The notes beneath the pieces were generated by a model. It was not told where the DNA came from and did no database searches. It was given only the letters and a program-made list of their open reading frames with translations. The translations under genes and the position numbers were made by a program. Below, piece by piece: positions 40,474 through 50,146 of a stretch of 64,000 bases of DNA (position 1 is its first letter; the number at the start of each line of letters is the position of its first letter). This DNA is from Candidatus Poribacteria bacterium (lineage in GTDB: Bacteria > Poribacteria > WGA-4E > PCPOR2b): NCBI GenBank assembly GCA_965116925.1, contig OZ220744.1, positions 4,480,001 to 4,544,000 of the forward strand, read 5' to 3'.

Positions 40474-42993
40474 ATGAAAGCAATGCAATTTTCCACACTC
40501 ACGCTTATCTTTGTGGCACTCCTGTTTTTATCAAACACCTTTGCCCAAGACTCTCCACAGTGGCACTTACCGCAAGGAGCCAAAATGCGTCTCGGTAAAG
40601 GCGCAATGCGTAAGATACAGTATTCGCCGGACGGCACCCGTCTCGCTGTCGCTAGTGGTATTGGTATTTGGCTCTACGATACGATGACCCATCAAGAGAT
40701 CGCTCTGATCACCGAGCATACAGATAGGATCGGTAGTATCGCATTTAGTCCGGATGGGGATATCCTCGCAGGCGGGGATTGGGACGGTAAAATCCGTCTG
40801 TGGGATGCCGTAACAGGGGCATACAAGCAGACCCTCACAGGGCATACGTCTGGTGGGGTCATTAGTGTTACGTTTAGTCCAGATGGCATTACCCTCGCAA
40901 GTGGGGGTACGGACGAGACTATTCGCTTGTGGGACAGCGCGACGGGTGAACACAAGCACACACTTATAGGGCATACGTCTACGGTCTTGAGCGTTGCCTT
41001 CAATCCAGATGGGAATACACTTGCGAGTGGAAGCTGGGACAGTACAGTACGGCTGTGGGATGCTGACACAGGTGCACCCAAGCAGACCCTCACAGGGCAT
41101 ACATATGTGGTCAGTAGCGTAGCGTTCAGTCCCGATGGACGAACACTCGCAAGCGGAAGTTATGACAACACGGTGCGACTGTGGGATGCTGTAACGGGTG
41201 CATATAAACACATACTTACAGGACATACGTATTTTGTCCATAGCATTGGGTTCAGTCCAGATGGCACGACGCTCGCCAGTGGGAGTTGGGACCGCACTAT
41301 CCGTCTGTGGGATGCCATTACGGGTGAACACAAGCAGACGCTTACGGGGCATACAGATCAGGTCAGGAGCATCGATTTCAGCCCGGATGGGAATACGCTC
41401 GCCAGTGGGAGCTATGACAGTACAGTACGGCTGTGGGATGTTATTACGGGTGCACCCAAGCATACACTCACAGGGCATGTAACTGAGGTCTATGACATCG
41501 CGCTTAGCCCGGATGGACGGACGCTTGCTAGCGGTGTAGACTACGCGGTACGGCTGTGGGATGTCGGCACGGGTGAACACATACAGATACTTGCTGGGGA
41601 TTGGTCTCACACGGGTGAACACATACAGATACTTAATGGGCATTCGTCCGAGGTTTATAGCGTCGCGTTTAGCCCGGATGGGAACACACTTGCTAGTGGG
41701 GGTGTAGACAGCGGGGTGATTTTGTGGGATATTGTCACGGGTGGATACAAGCGAGTTCTCAGCAAGCATAGGTCTCCGATCCATAGCGTTGCGTTTAGTC
41801 CGGATGGACGGACGCTTGCCAGCGGGGATGCGGACAGGACGGTGATTCTGTGGGATGTTATGGCAGGTGAACACAAACAGACCCTCACCGGGCATAGGGG
41901 GCAAGTCGCTAGCGTCGCCTTCAGTCCGGATGGACAGACTCTCGCAAGTGGGAGTTATGACAATACCATTCGACTGTGGGATGCCGTTACTGGGGCGCAG
42001 ACACAGACCCTTATCGGACATACAGATCGGGTCTATAGCGTTGCCTTCAGTCCGAATGGACGGACCCTGGCAAGTGGGAGTTACGACAATACCATCCGCC
42101 TGTGGGATACCGTGACAGGTGTACATAAGCAAACGCTCACCGGACATACGAGAATCAGGAATATTGCGTTCAGCCCAAATGGGAACACGCTCGCCGGTGG
42201 ACATACGGATGGAACTATCCGCCTGTGGGATGCCATGACAGGTGCACCCAAGCAAACCTTCACTGGATATACGAGGATGGTTAGAGGCATAGCGTTTAGC
42301 CCGGATGGCACCACGCTTGCCAGTGGAAGTTCGGACGGTACGATGCTCCTGTGGAATCTCACCCCTACAATGGATCTACCACTACTTGGAGATGTCAGCC
42401 GCGATGGTGTGGTGAATGCCCAAGATTTAGTGCTCGTTGCTGCACGGTTTGGGCAGAGGGAACAAAATGATGCCGATGTCAATGGGGATGGTGTTGTCAA
42501 TATTTTCGATCTCGTCACAGTTGCTAGTATGCTAGGCAATGCGGCAGCCGCGCCTTCAGCGCATTCACAGTCACTTGAGACGCTCACCGCCGCCGAAGTC
42601 GAGGGTTGGCTCACCCAAGCGCAGCAAATCGCACTGACAGATCCCGTCTATCTGCGGGGCATCGCTGTGTTGGAACAACTTCTCGCAGCATTGACTCCGA
42701 AAGAGACAGTATTGCTGCCCAACTACCCCAACCCATTCAATCCAGAGACGTGGATTCCATATCAACTCACCCATACTGCCGATGTCCAGGTTGCCATTTA
42801 TGGCGCAAAAGGTGCGCTGGTGCGTCGATTAGATATAGGGTATCAACCTGCGGGATACTACACGGATCGGACAAAGGCGGCGTATTGGGATGGCTGCAAT
42901 GAAAGCGGGGAATCGGTAGCAAGCGGAGTTTATGTCTATCAACTCCGTGCGGGAGATTATACCGCCACGAGACGGATGGTAATCGTCAAGTAA
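40474..42993 (+). CDS. Secreted WD40 protein with dockerin-like and FlgD/T9SS-like C-terminal domains
   Basis: Signal peptide, ~14 WD repeats, GDVSRDGVVN/ADVNGDGVVNIFD, LLPNYPNPFNPETWIPY...ASGVYVYQL. Confidence 0.9.
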   Translation: MKAMQFSTLTLIFVALLFLSNTFAQDSPQWHLPQGAKMRLGKGAMRKIQYSPDGTRLAVASGIGIWLYDTMTHQEIALITEHTDRIGSIAFSPDGDILAGGDWDGKIRLWDAVTGAYKQTLTGHTSGGVISVTFSPDGITLASGGTDETIRLWDSATGEHKHTLIGHTSTVLSVAFNPDGNTLASGSWDSTVRLWDADTGAPKQTLTGHTYVVSSVAFSPDGRTLASGSYDNTVRLWDAVTGAYKHILTGHTYFVHSIGFSPDGTTLASGSWDRTIRLWDAITGEHKQTLTGHTDQVRSIDFSPDGNTLASGSYDSTVRLWDVITGAPKHTLTGHVTEVYDIALSPDGRTLASGVDYAVRLWDVGTGEHIQILAGDWSHTGEHIQILNGHSSEVYSVAFSPDGNTLASGGVDSGVILWDIVTGGYKRVLSKHRSPIHSVAFSPDGRTLASGDADRTVILWDVMAGEHKQTLTGHRGQVASVAFSPDGQTLASGSYDNTIRLWDAVTGAQTQTLIGHTDRVYSVAFSPNGRTLASGSYDNTIRLWDTVTGVHKQTLTGHTRIRNIAFSPNGNTLAGGHTDGTIRLWDAMTGAPKQTFTGYTRMVRGIAFSPDGTTLASGSSDGTMLLWNLTPTMDLPLLGDVSRDGVVNAQDLVLVAARFGQREQNDADVNGDGVVNIFDLVTVASMLGNAAAAPSAHSQSLETLTAAEVEGWLTQAQQIALTDPVYLRGIAVLEQLLAALTPKETVLLPNYPNPFNPETWIPYQLTHTADVQVAIYGAKGALVRRLDIGYQPAGYYTDRTKAAYWDGCNESGESVASGVYVYQLRAGDYTATRRMVIVK

Positions 42994-43010
42994 GCGTATA
43001 AACCAGCAAG

Positions 43011-43043
43011 AGAAACCGAGTTTTTCTCAAAAACTCGGTTTCT
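43011..43043. repeat. Palindromic repeat (copy 2), may act as terminator
   Basis: AGAAACCGAGTTTTTCTCAAAAACTCGGTTTCT. Confidence 0.8.
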
Positions 43044-43109
43044 GAGGTTATTTATCAATCCAAGGCTTATTTGAATGGCAGCCTACTTCAAAAAAAAGGA
43101 GCACTTTAC

Positions 43110-44942
43110 ATGAAAACGACTGTGACGTTACTTGTTCTTTTAACCCTGTTTTCACAAAGTACCTTGGCTCAAGATTCCCCGCAATGGAACTTACCCAAAG
43201 GTGTCAAGGCGCGCTTTGGTAAAGGCAAGATATTTGAACTTCAGTATTCGCCGGATGGCACTCTGCTCGCTATCGCTAGTGGTATCGGTATTTGGCTCCA
43301 TGATACAACGACCCTTCAAGAGGTTGCCCTGCTTACTGGGCATACGGGTTTTGTCAATAGTGTCGCCTTCAGTCCGGAGGGACGGACGCTTGCCAGTGGC
43401 AGTTCAGACAACACGGTGCGGTTGTGGGATGGTGTGACGGGTAAACATAAACGAACACTTAAAGGACATGCGGGTTCAGTTAATAGCATCACCTTTAGCC
43501 CGGATGGGAGGACGCTTGCCAGTGGCAGTTCAGACAGCACGGTGCGGTTGTGGGATGGTGTGACGGGCAAATACAAGCAGACACTCATGGGGCATACGTC
43601 TGGAGTCATGAGTGTCGCCTTCAGTCCGGATGGGAGGACGCTTGCTAGTGGCAGTTCAGACAGCACAGTGCGGTTGTGGAATGGCACGACAGGTAGATAC
43701 GAACAAGCACTCATCGGGCATACGCGAGGAGTTGCTAGCGTAGCGTTCAGTTCGGATGGGAAGACCCTCGCTAGTGGGAGTTTTTACGACACGGTGCGGT
43801 TGTGGGATGGTGTGACGGGTAAACACAAGCGGACCCTCACAAGAAATACGTGGGGGAGTGCTAGCATAGCGTTTAGCCCGGTGGAAGATCTGCTCGTCAT
43901 TGGAAGTTCGGATGGTACGGTGCAGCTACGGGTTGCTGCCACGGGTGTGTACGATCAGACACTCAGAGGACATACGTCTAGAGTCAATAGCATCGCCTTT
44001 AGCCCGGATGGAAAGACTTTTGCTAGTGGGAGTGAGGATGGCACGGTGTGGCTGTGGGATGCTGCCACAGGGTATCCCATAGCGACACTGATTGGATATA
44101 CAGAGGAGGTCACTACTGTTGCGTTTAGCCCAGATGGGGATATACTTGCAAGCGGAAGCGTAGACAAGATGGCAAGGCTGTGGGATGTTGCCACGGGGTG
44201 GCATGAAGCCACACTTGCCAAGCATACGGAGGCGGTTTACGATATTGCGTTCAGCCCGGATGGAGACACACTCGCAACTGGAAGCCGGAAAGGCGTAGTG
44301 CACCTGTGGGATGCCGTCACAGGACGACATAAATGGACATACTGGAATCGAGGGTTAGTCAAAATCATAACATTCAGTCCGGCTGGGGGCACACGCACAA
44401 GTAGAGGAGGAGATGGCGAAAGGCATCTGTGGGACGCTGTCACGGGACGGTACAAAGCTCCACTCGACAAACATATATCCCGTGCTTTCAGCATTGCGTT
44501 CAGTCCCGATGGCAGTCTCCTTGCAACTGGAAATAAGAACGGCCCCGTGCACCTATGGGACACGCGCACGGGGGCACATCTCAAAACACTCAAAGACGAT
44601 GACCAAACGTCTTGGGTCTATAGCTTAGCATTCAGTCCTGATAGTACTACCCTCGCAAGTGGGATCCGTACAGGGGTGCAGCTCTGGGATGTCGTCACAG
44701 GGCAACCCACAACTACGTTTGCAGGGAGCCATGTGACTAGTATTGCGTTTAGTCCGAATGGAGACATCCTCGCAAGTGGAGGCTCCGATATATGGCTATG
44801 GGACGTTGCCACGGGGCAGCTCGTAGCTACCCTCACAGGGCATACGGGGGTTGTCAACAGTGTTGCGTTCAGTCCGGATGGGGACACCTTCGCAAGTGGG
44901 AGCCGAGACGGCACAGTGCTCCTGTGGGATTTGTATCAATAG
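43110..44942 (+). CDS. Secreted WD40 repeat protein
   Basis: Signal peptide, QDSPQWNLPKG shared with paralog, ~14 WD repeats; AAGGAG RBS. Confidence 0.92.
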   Translation: MKTTVTLLVLLTLFSQSTLAQDSPQWNLPKGVKARFGKGKIFELQYSPDGTLLAIASGIGIWLHDTTTLQEVALLTGHTGFVNSVAFSPEGRTLASGSSDNTVRLWDGVTGKHKRTLKGHAGSVNSITFSPDGRTLASGSSDSTVRLWDGVTGKYKQTLMGHTSGVMSVAFSPDGRTLASGSSDSTVRLWNGTTGRYEQALIGHTRGVASVAFSSDGKTLASGSFYDTVRLWDGVTGKHKRTLTRNTWGSASIAFSPVEDLLVIGSSDGTVQLRVAATGVYDQTLRGHTSRVNSIAFSPDGKTFASGSEDGTVWLWDAATGYPIATLIGYTEEVTTVAFSPDGDILASGSVDKMARLWDVATGWHEATLAKHTEAVYDIAFSPDGDTLATGSRKGVVHLWDAVTGRHKWTYWNRGLVKIITFSPAGGTRTSRGGDGERHLWDAVTGRYKAPLDKHISRAFSIAFSPDGSLLATGNKNGPVHLWDTRTGAHLKTLKDDDQTSWVYSLAFSPDSTTLASGIRTGVQLWDVVTGQPTTTFAGSHVTSIAFSPNGDILASGGSDIWLWDVATGQLVATLTGHTGVVNSVAFSPDGDTFASGSRDGTVLLWDLYQ

Positions 44943-45015
44943 AGACTGTCAATAAGGATAGGGCTGTGAATATCTTCGATTTTTAAGACGTTCTACGGGC
45001 GGGGATACCCCGCCC

Positions 45016-46674
45016 CTACTGACTCGATTTTACGCTCCCCTCGACCAGTGTGAGAGTTTGATTTGGCTCAACTCCTTCAAGATATTCCTCTAGACCGCTG
45101 GGCCAACGGATCTCCACCCGATCGGCTTGGCGATGTTTTCCCAGTCCAAAATGTAAACGCATATCGTTCTGCGATAGGTAACTTGAGCCACTCCGAACCT
45201 CCCGAATCTGTGTTAGGTTACCGGTTGTTATCTTGACCCTTGCTCCAATCGCATCCCGATTGCTGCGCGTCCCAATCAGTTTGAGAATCAACCACGTATT
45301 TTGTCCCCCCTTATTCTCCAATAGGTCTGGAGCTCCCTTCAGGTTTGTTACGAGTAGGTCGAGATCGCCGTCGTTGTCGTAGTCAGCGTAAGCGAAGCCA
45401 CGGCTGACTTTCTCCAACTGCATATCGGAACCTGAATCAACACCGACCTCGTCAAAGGTGCCATCTCGATTGTTGCGGAAGATGAGATTGGGTTGTTCAT
45501 AAAATCCGGTCGGGTTAAATGCTTGAACATTCTCGTCCAGATGTCCGTTGGCGATGAACAGATCTTGATAACCGTCGTTATCGTAGTCGCAGAAACTTAC
45601 ACCCCACGCCAAGTAGGACAAACTCATTGTCCCAATTTGTGATGCATAGGTCACATCCGAGAATAGCCCGTTTCCCTCATTGTGGTAGAGGGTGTTTGTC
45701 TGGTCTTGGAAGTTGGTAACGACGAGATCTAAGTAGCCATCGTTATCGTAATCCCCAAAGTCAGTGCCCATGCCGTTCTCCGCTTCGCCATCTTCGCTGA
45801 ATCCTACGCCTGCGGTCAAGCTGACATCGGCAAAGGTGCCATCGCCGTTGTTGCGGTATAGGAAATTTTGGTCGGCATCGTTGGCGATATAGACATCCAT
45901 GTCGCCATCGTCATCGTAATCCCCCCAAGCGAGAGCGAGTCCCCGTCCTGTTGCTCCAGAAAAGCCTTCGGATTTCGTCACGTCGGTAAAGGTCCCGTCG
46001 CCGTTGTTGTGATAGAGGATATCCAGTTCCCCTTCATAGAGGCGTGGGTCACAATAAACACGCACCCCTTTATTCATGCAGACCTGATCGGATTCGATGT
46101 CATACTTCACATAGTTTGTCACATAGAGGTCTAAAAATCCATCGTTATCGTAATCGACGAAGGCGCAGCTTGCCCCCCAGCGCATGTCGCCGGTGCCCGT
46201 TTCCCTCGTGACATCGGAAAACGTGCCATCACCATTGTTACGGAAAAAGACGTTTGCCCCGAAGTTTGTCACGTACAGGTCGGAAAACCCGTCATTGTTG
46301 TAGTCTCCAACCGCACAGCCCATGCCGTATCCTGTATCGGCGACCCCTGCTGCCGCTGCGACATCGGTGAATGTCCCATCGCCGTTATTGCGATAGAGTG
46401 CGTTTCGCGGTGGTTCACCCTCATCTGATTGATTCTCTGCGAGAGGAGGGAGGTCTGCCCCGTTGACGAGGTAGATGTCTTGGAAACCGTCGTTGTTATA
46501 GTCTAGAAATGCTGCGCCCCCGCCGAGGGATTCGATGAAGTATCGCTGTCCGCTCCCACCATTATGGTGTTTGAAGTGGATGCCCGCTTCCTTTGTGACG
46601 GAGGTAAACTGGATTGGGGCTGTGGGGTAAGGGTTGCTGATGAGATGGAGTAGGAGAAATAAAAAAAGGCTCAT
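45016..46674 (-). CDS. CRTAC1-like FG-GAP/ASPIC-UnbV protein
   Basis: DYNNDG/DYDNDG repeats, NRDAIGARV, GSSYLSQ..LHFGLG, IRWPSG. Confidence 0.92.
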   Translation of the reverse strand: MSLFLFLLLHLISNPYPTAPIQFTSVTKEAGIHFKHHNGGSGQRYFIESLGGGAAFLDYNNDGFQDIYLVNGADLPPLAENQSDEGEPPRNALYRNNGDGTFTDVAAAAGVADTGYGMGCAVGDYNNDGFSDLYVTNFGANVFFRNNGDGTFSDVTRETGTGDMRWGASCAFVDYDNDGFLDLYVTNYVKYDIESDQVCMNKGVRVYCDPRLYEGELDILYHNNGDGTFTDVTKSEGFSGATGRGLALAWGDYDDDGDMDVYIANDADQNFLYRNNGDGTFADVSLTAGVGFSEDGEAENGMGTDFGDYDNDGYLDLVVTNFQDQTNTLYHNEGNGLFSDVTYASQIGTMSLSYLAWGVSFCDYDNDGYQDLFIANGHLDENVQAFNPTGFYEQPNLIFRNNRDGTFDEVGVDSGSDMQLEKVSRGFAYADYDNDGDLDLLVTNLKGAPDLLENKGGQNTWLILKLIGTRSNRDAIGARVKITTGNLTQIREVRSGSSYLSQNDMRLHFGLGKHRQADRVEIRWPSGLEEYLEGVEPNQTLTLVEGSVKSSQ

Positions 46675-46744
46675 GTCAAAAGAAGGTGTGCAGCGAGGAA
46701 AGAGTGAAACGTGAAAATTATTGGTTCATTGGTACGGTAAGCGC

Positions 46745-46909
46745 GGGCGGGGGAACCCCGCCCCTACGATTGGGTGTGCACCGGAATTCGTAGGGGTTGG
46801 GTCTCCCAACCCATTGGGTGCGGTGCCGTAATTTGCACAAGGGTTACGGCATACGGAGTATGCCTACTACTATAGGGGTTACGGCATACGGAGTATGCCT
46901 ATTACTATA
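46745..46909. repeat. Cluster of REP-like hairpins including a tandem duplication
   Basis: GTAG-type REPs at 46745 and 46790; GGGTTACGGCATACGGAGTATGCCTAYTACTATA twice (46841-46909). Confidence 0.8.
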
Positions 46910-46912
46910 AGA

Positions 46913-47659
46913 TTAATCGGTTTTCACATAGGTATGTGTCAGGGGTTCCCAACCGAGCAGGCACTTGGCTTTTGATAGATTAATCTCTTGCTGCTCCTCA
47001 TCACCGGCGATGAATACGGCATCAAAGCCGGTATGTTCGACAGAAAGCCCTGCAAGATAAGCCCGCGCGAGATCTTCCTCATCTGTCACCCAGAGGTGTC
47101 GATGACCGGACCTAGGTTGCCCACGTTGCTCGATCCACTGCTGACGGGTGCGGGGCCCTGTGATTCGCAAGGCGATGATCGACATACTGTGTTCACGGCA
47201 GAAGTATCGACAGATCCGCTCCCCAAACCCTTTCGTCAAACCGTACACACCGGGATTATCAAGTGGGACCTCCTCCTCAGATGGATACCAATTCCGTGTC
47301 CGTTCATGGACGGTGAACGTGCTGGTGTAAATGCCGTGCGTGATGCCTGCCTCTTTCGCGGCGTGCAACAGAATATGGAGTCCCATTGCGTTCACTTGAT
47401 AGTTGGCGATGATATCATCAAAATTCGCTAATGATGAGGAATCACTGGTGGGACGCTGCATGACCATATAGATGAAGGCATCCATGCCCTTGATCGCCTG
47501 CTGGACAACATCCGGGTCGACCACCGAACCTTCGATATATTCGATGGTCGAATCTTTGGGCGGGGAGAGGTCGAGAACACGAAACTGATGATGCGGTTTC
47601 ATGTAGGGCAGCGTCATAGTCCCGACATGTCCTGCGCCCCCAACAATTAGCACTTTCAT
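46913..47659 (-). CDS. NAD-dependent epimerase/dehydratase (uronate dehydrogenase-like)
   Basis: LIVGGAGHVG, YGLTK; AGGAG RBS before ATG 47659. Confidence 0.85.
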   Translation of the reverse strand: MKVLIVGGAGHVGTMTLPYMKPHHQFRVLDLSPPKDSTIEYIEGSVVDPDVVQQAIKGMDAFIYMVMQRPTSDSSSLANFDDIIANYQVNAMGLHILLHAAKEAGITHGIYTSTFTVHERTRNWYPSEEEVPLDNPGVYGLTKGFGERICRYFCREHSMSIIALRITGPRTRQQWIEQRGQPRSGHRHLWVTDEEDLARAYLAGLSVEHTGFDAVFIAGDEEQQEINLSKAKCLLGWEPLTHTYVKTD

Positions 47660-47669
47660 GGTGAATCTC

Positions 47670-48464
47670 CTATTCGTTCGCAATCTCACTGAGCGGACGA
47701 GCGTCGATGAAGAGTTTGGCACCGTGGCTGACCTCTGGGGGTGTATCCACCCCACATAGCCAGTTCCATGTGCGTTGGCGTCGTGCCATGTCGCGATAGG
47801 ACTCGACTTCGTTGGCGTAAAGGTGTCGCTCTCGGTTGGCGTAAGGCGGTATCTCCTCCGACTCTATCAGCCAATCCCGCTTCGGTGGCGAATTTCGGAA
47901 GTACGAAAATTTAATCATCCCACGACGTTTTGCGTTCAACTTCGGTCCCGCCTTGTGCCAGATGCCGTAGTGCGTTAAAACCACCGTCCCGGCGGGAACA
48001 GTCAAGGAGACCTGCCCCAAGATGTCGCCGTAATGGGCGATCGCCTCTCGGTCAACCAATCGGTGGTGGGAGCCGGGAAGCACCATTGTGGGACCGTCTT
48101 CAAGTGTAACGTTCTGCGGATAGTAGTAGCATTGCAAATGATTGACGCCGTAACCGTATTCGGAGAGACCGTCGGAGTGCCATGTCTGTCCGGTGTGTGC
48201 CTCTTCAAACAGATGATGGTGCGCGGTTATCGGCATAAAGAAATTCCGTCCGAGCAGAGAGCGGGCAACGCCAGCGACTTCCGGGTGCAATAGGACTTCT
48301 GCCCGAAATTCGGGTGTACAGGCGAATTCGTTGATGCTGCCGCCCGGCAAAGTTTCGCATTGATGATTGAACTCGTCGGAGACAACTCCCTCCAGCACCA
48401 CGGAACCCCTTGAAATAAAATCCATCACTTGGCTGTCATCCATAGTGGGTTGAATATCGTTCAT
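47670..48464 (-). CDS. PhyH family dioxygenase
   Basis: WHSD, DGPTMVLPGSH, IWHK. Confidence 0.88.
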   Translation of the reverse strand: MNDIQPTMDDSQVMDFISRGSVVLEGVVSDEFNHQCETLPGGSINEFACTPEFRAEVLLHPEVAGVARSLLGRNFFMPITAHHHLFEEAHTGQTWHSDGLSEYGYGVNHLQCYYYPQNVTLEDGPTMVLPGSHHRLVDREAIAHYGDILGQVSLTVPAGTVVLTHYGIWHKAGPKLNAKRRGMIKFSYFRNSPPKRDWLIESEEIPPYANRERHLYANEVESYRDMARRQRTWNWLCGVDTPPEVSHGAKLFIDARPLSEIANE

Positions 48465-48476
48465 CGTTTCCTCCTG

Positions 48477-48845
48477 TTACAAGTCTGAAGTCGATTTTTC
48501 CAAGATGAATTCGTAACCCAGATAGGTGTTATCAATATCCGAAAATTGGTAGAGTTCCGCCCTCGGAAATTGAACAATCCGCCATCCGTCGTTGACCGCT
48601 TCGATAACCGAATCGTATGGGACCTCCTGCGACGGCAGGGTGGGTTCATACGGGACTGTTGGGTCATACAGGGCCCAACTGGCAATCGCTGAACGCATGT
48701 TTGTCGACTTTGAATAGAGATACAATATCAGTTGTCTCGGTTCGGTCAGAATCACCTCTAGCTGCTGAAGGTCGGCTTCTGTGAAGTTGCCCGCTTTAAG
48801 TTTTTTGCGGCTCTCGCCCAGCCACTGTTTGACTGTAGTTTCCAT
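48477..48845 (-). CDS. Hypothetical protein in PhyH operon
   Basis: 122-aa ORF, 12 bp upstream of phyH on the same strand. Confidence 0.65.
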   Translation of the reverse strand: METTVKQWLGESRKKLKAGNFTEADLQQLEVILTEPRQLILYLYSKSTNMRSAIASWALYDPTVPYEPTLPSQEVPYDSVIEAVNDGWRIVQFPRAELYQFSDIDNTYLGYEFILEKSTSDL

Positions 48846-48897
48846 TATATTTATCCCTATTGCCTATGAAAAAAGAAAGTACGTACAAAACGCTAAC

Positions 48898-48931
48898 AGA
48901 AACCGAGTTTTGAAGAAAAAACTCGGTTTCT
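48898..48931. repeat. Palindromic repeat (copy 3)
   Basis: AGAAACCGAGTTTTGAAGAAAAAACTCGGTTTCT. Confidence 0.8.
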
Positions 48932-48976
48932 ATTGCACGATTTCCTAACATAAGCCATCCCTGTTTCTTAAAATCA

Positions 48977-49978
48977 TTAATCCCAATCAAATATCACCTT
49001 GCCGCATCTCGCTTCGTCCGCGACACGGAGTGCCTCGATGCCATCATCAACGCGGAAATGGTGCGTCACCGCAGGTGCAAACGTTAATCCTGTTTGGGCA
49101 CAGTACCGCACGAAATCTTTTAGCCATCCAATTGGGAAGACAACGGATCCCATCAGGGTGATTCGGCGATAAACCATGTCACCCGGATTAATGACCTTGT
49201 CATCGCTTCCGACACCGACAAGTGCGGCTTTCCCCTCACGGCGGAGCGACGGGATGATGCTGCTTCGCCCACCGGCACTGCCGGAGGTTTCGACAACGTA
49301 ATCCACGCCTTCCGTCCCACTGAACGCGACCACTGCTTCAACCGGATCCTCTGTTGCGGCATTGACGGTAGCATCCGCACCGCACTTCTTGGCAACCTCG
49401 ATCCGCTCCTCCATGATATCGACCCCTATAACCCGTGCCCCCATCGACTTCGCAATGCACACGGTGCTCAACCCCACAGGACCTAGACCGTATACGGCGA
49501 TTGTTTGTGGGAAATACTGTTCTACCCCGAGTCGCCTCAAGGCAGCGTAAGCTGTGGTTCCAACACAGGCGAAAAACGGACCGTCGATGAAGTTAATCTG
49601 ATCTGGGAGTACCACACAATTCCGTTCGTTCGCAACGACATACTCACCGAATGCTCCGCTGACGACCTTATCGTCCGGGCACCAGACGAAATCTCCCAAC
49701 GAGCAATAATAGCATTGTCCACACCCTTGATGGTGATGGACGGTCACGCGGTCTCCCACTTTGAGGTTGGTCACATTCGGACCTAATTTTTCAACCACCC
49801 CGGAGGATTCATGTCCTTGGACCCAATCTCTTGGCTCCGCGGGTCGATACACGTGGAGATCACTGCCACAGATTCCCGACACCTTCATCTGAATCCGAAC
49901 TTCTCCATTCCCCGGCTCTGGGGTAGGAACCTCTTTGACAGCACATTGGCGGTTACCCAAAAAAACAATTCCTTTCAT
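48977..49978 (-). CDS. Zinc-dependent alcohol dehydrogenase (MDR)
   Basis: GICGSD, GHE, CGQCYYC..C structural zinc, GLGPVG. Confidence 0.92.
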   Translation of the reverse strand: MKGIVFLGNRQCAVKEVPTPEPGNGEVRIQMKVSGICGSDLHVYRPAEPRDWVQGHESSGVVEKLGPNVTNLKVGDRVTVHHHQGCGQCYYCSLGDFVWCPDDKVVSGAFGEYVVANERNCVVLPDQINFIDGPFFACVGTTAYAALRRLGVEQYFPQTIAVYGLGPVGLSTVCIAKSMGARVIGVDIMEERIEVAKKCGADATVNAATEDPVEAVVAFSGTEGVDYVVETSGSAGGRSSIIPSLRREGKAALVGVGSDDKVINPGDMVYRRITLMGSVVFPIGWLKDFVRYCAQTGLTFAPAVTHHFRVDDGIEALRVADEARCGKVIFDWD

Positions 49979-50146
49979 TATTAACACTCCAATCAACTCG
50001 TTGGTTTGTATTAACCAATGGTGCTAGTTTGCAGTTGTTGATAACGTGAAACGTGATGCGTGAAACGTAAAAATCATTGGTTCAGCAGTTCGTTTAGCCC
50101 CAGCGGGACAAGATGCCCCGCCTACAGTTGGCTGTGCAGGTCCTAA

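Noticed and set aside
40567..42255. 562-aa antisense ORF
   Set aside because: Shadow of the repetitive WD40 gene on the opposite strand
43076..43091. sigma54 promoter before third WD40 gene
   Set aside because: TGGCAG is present but the -12 position reads CA rather than GC, and it is too close to the start
39016..44942. Diversity-generating retroelement acting on WD40 genes
   Set aside because: No reverse transcriptase and no template/variable repeat pair with adenine-specific differences seen
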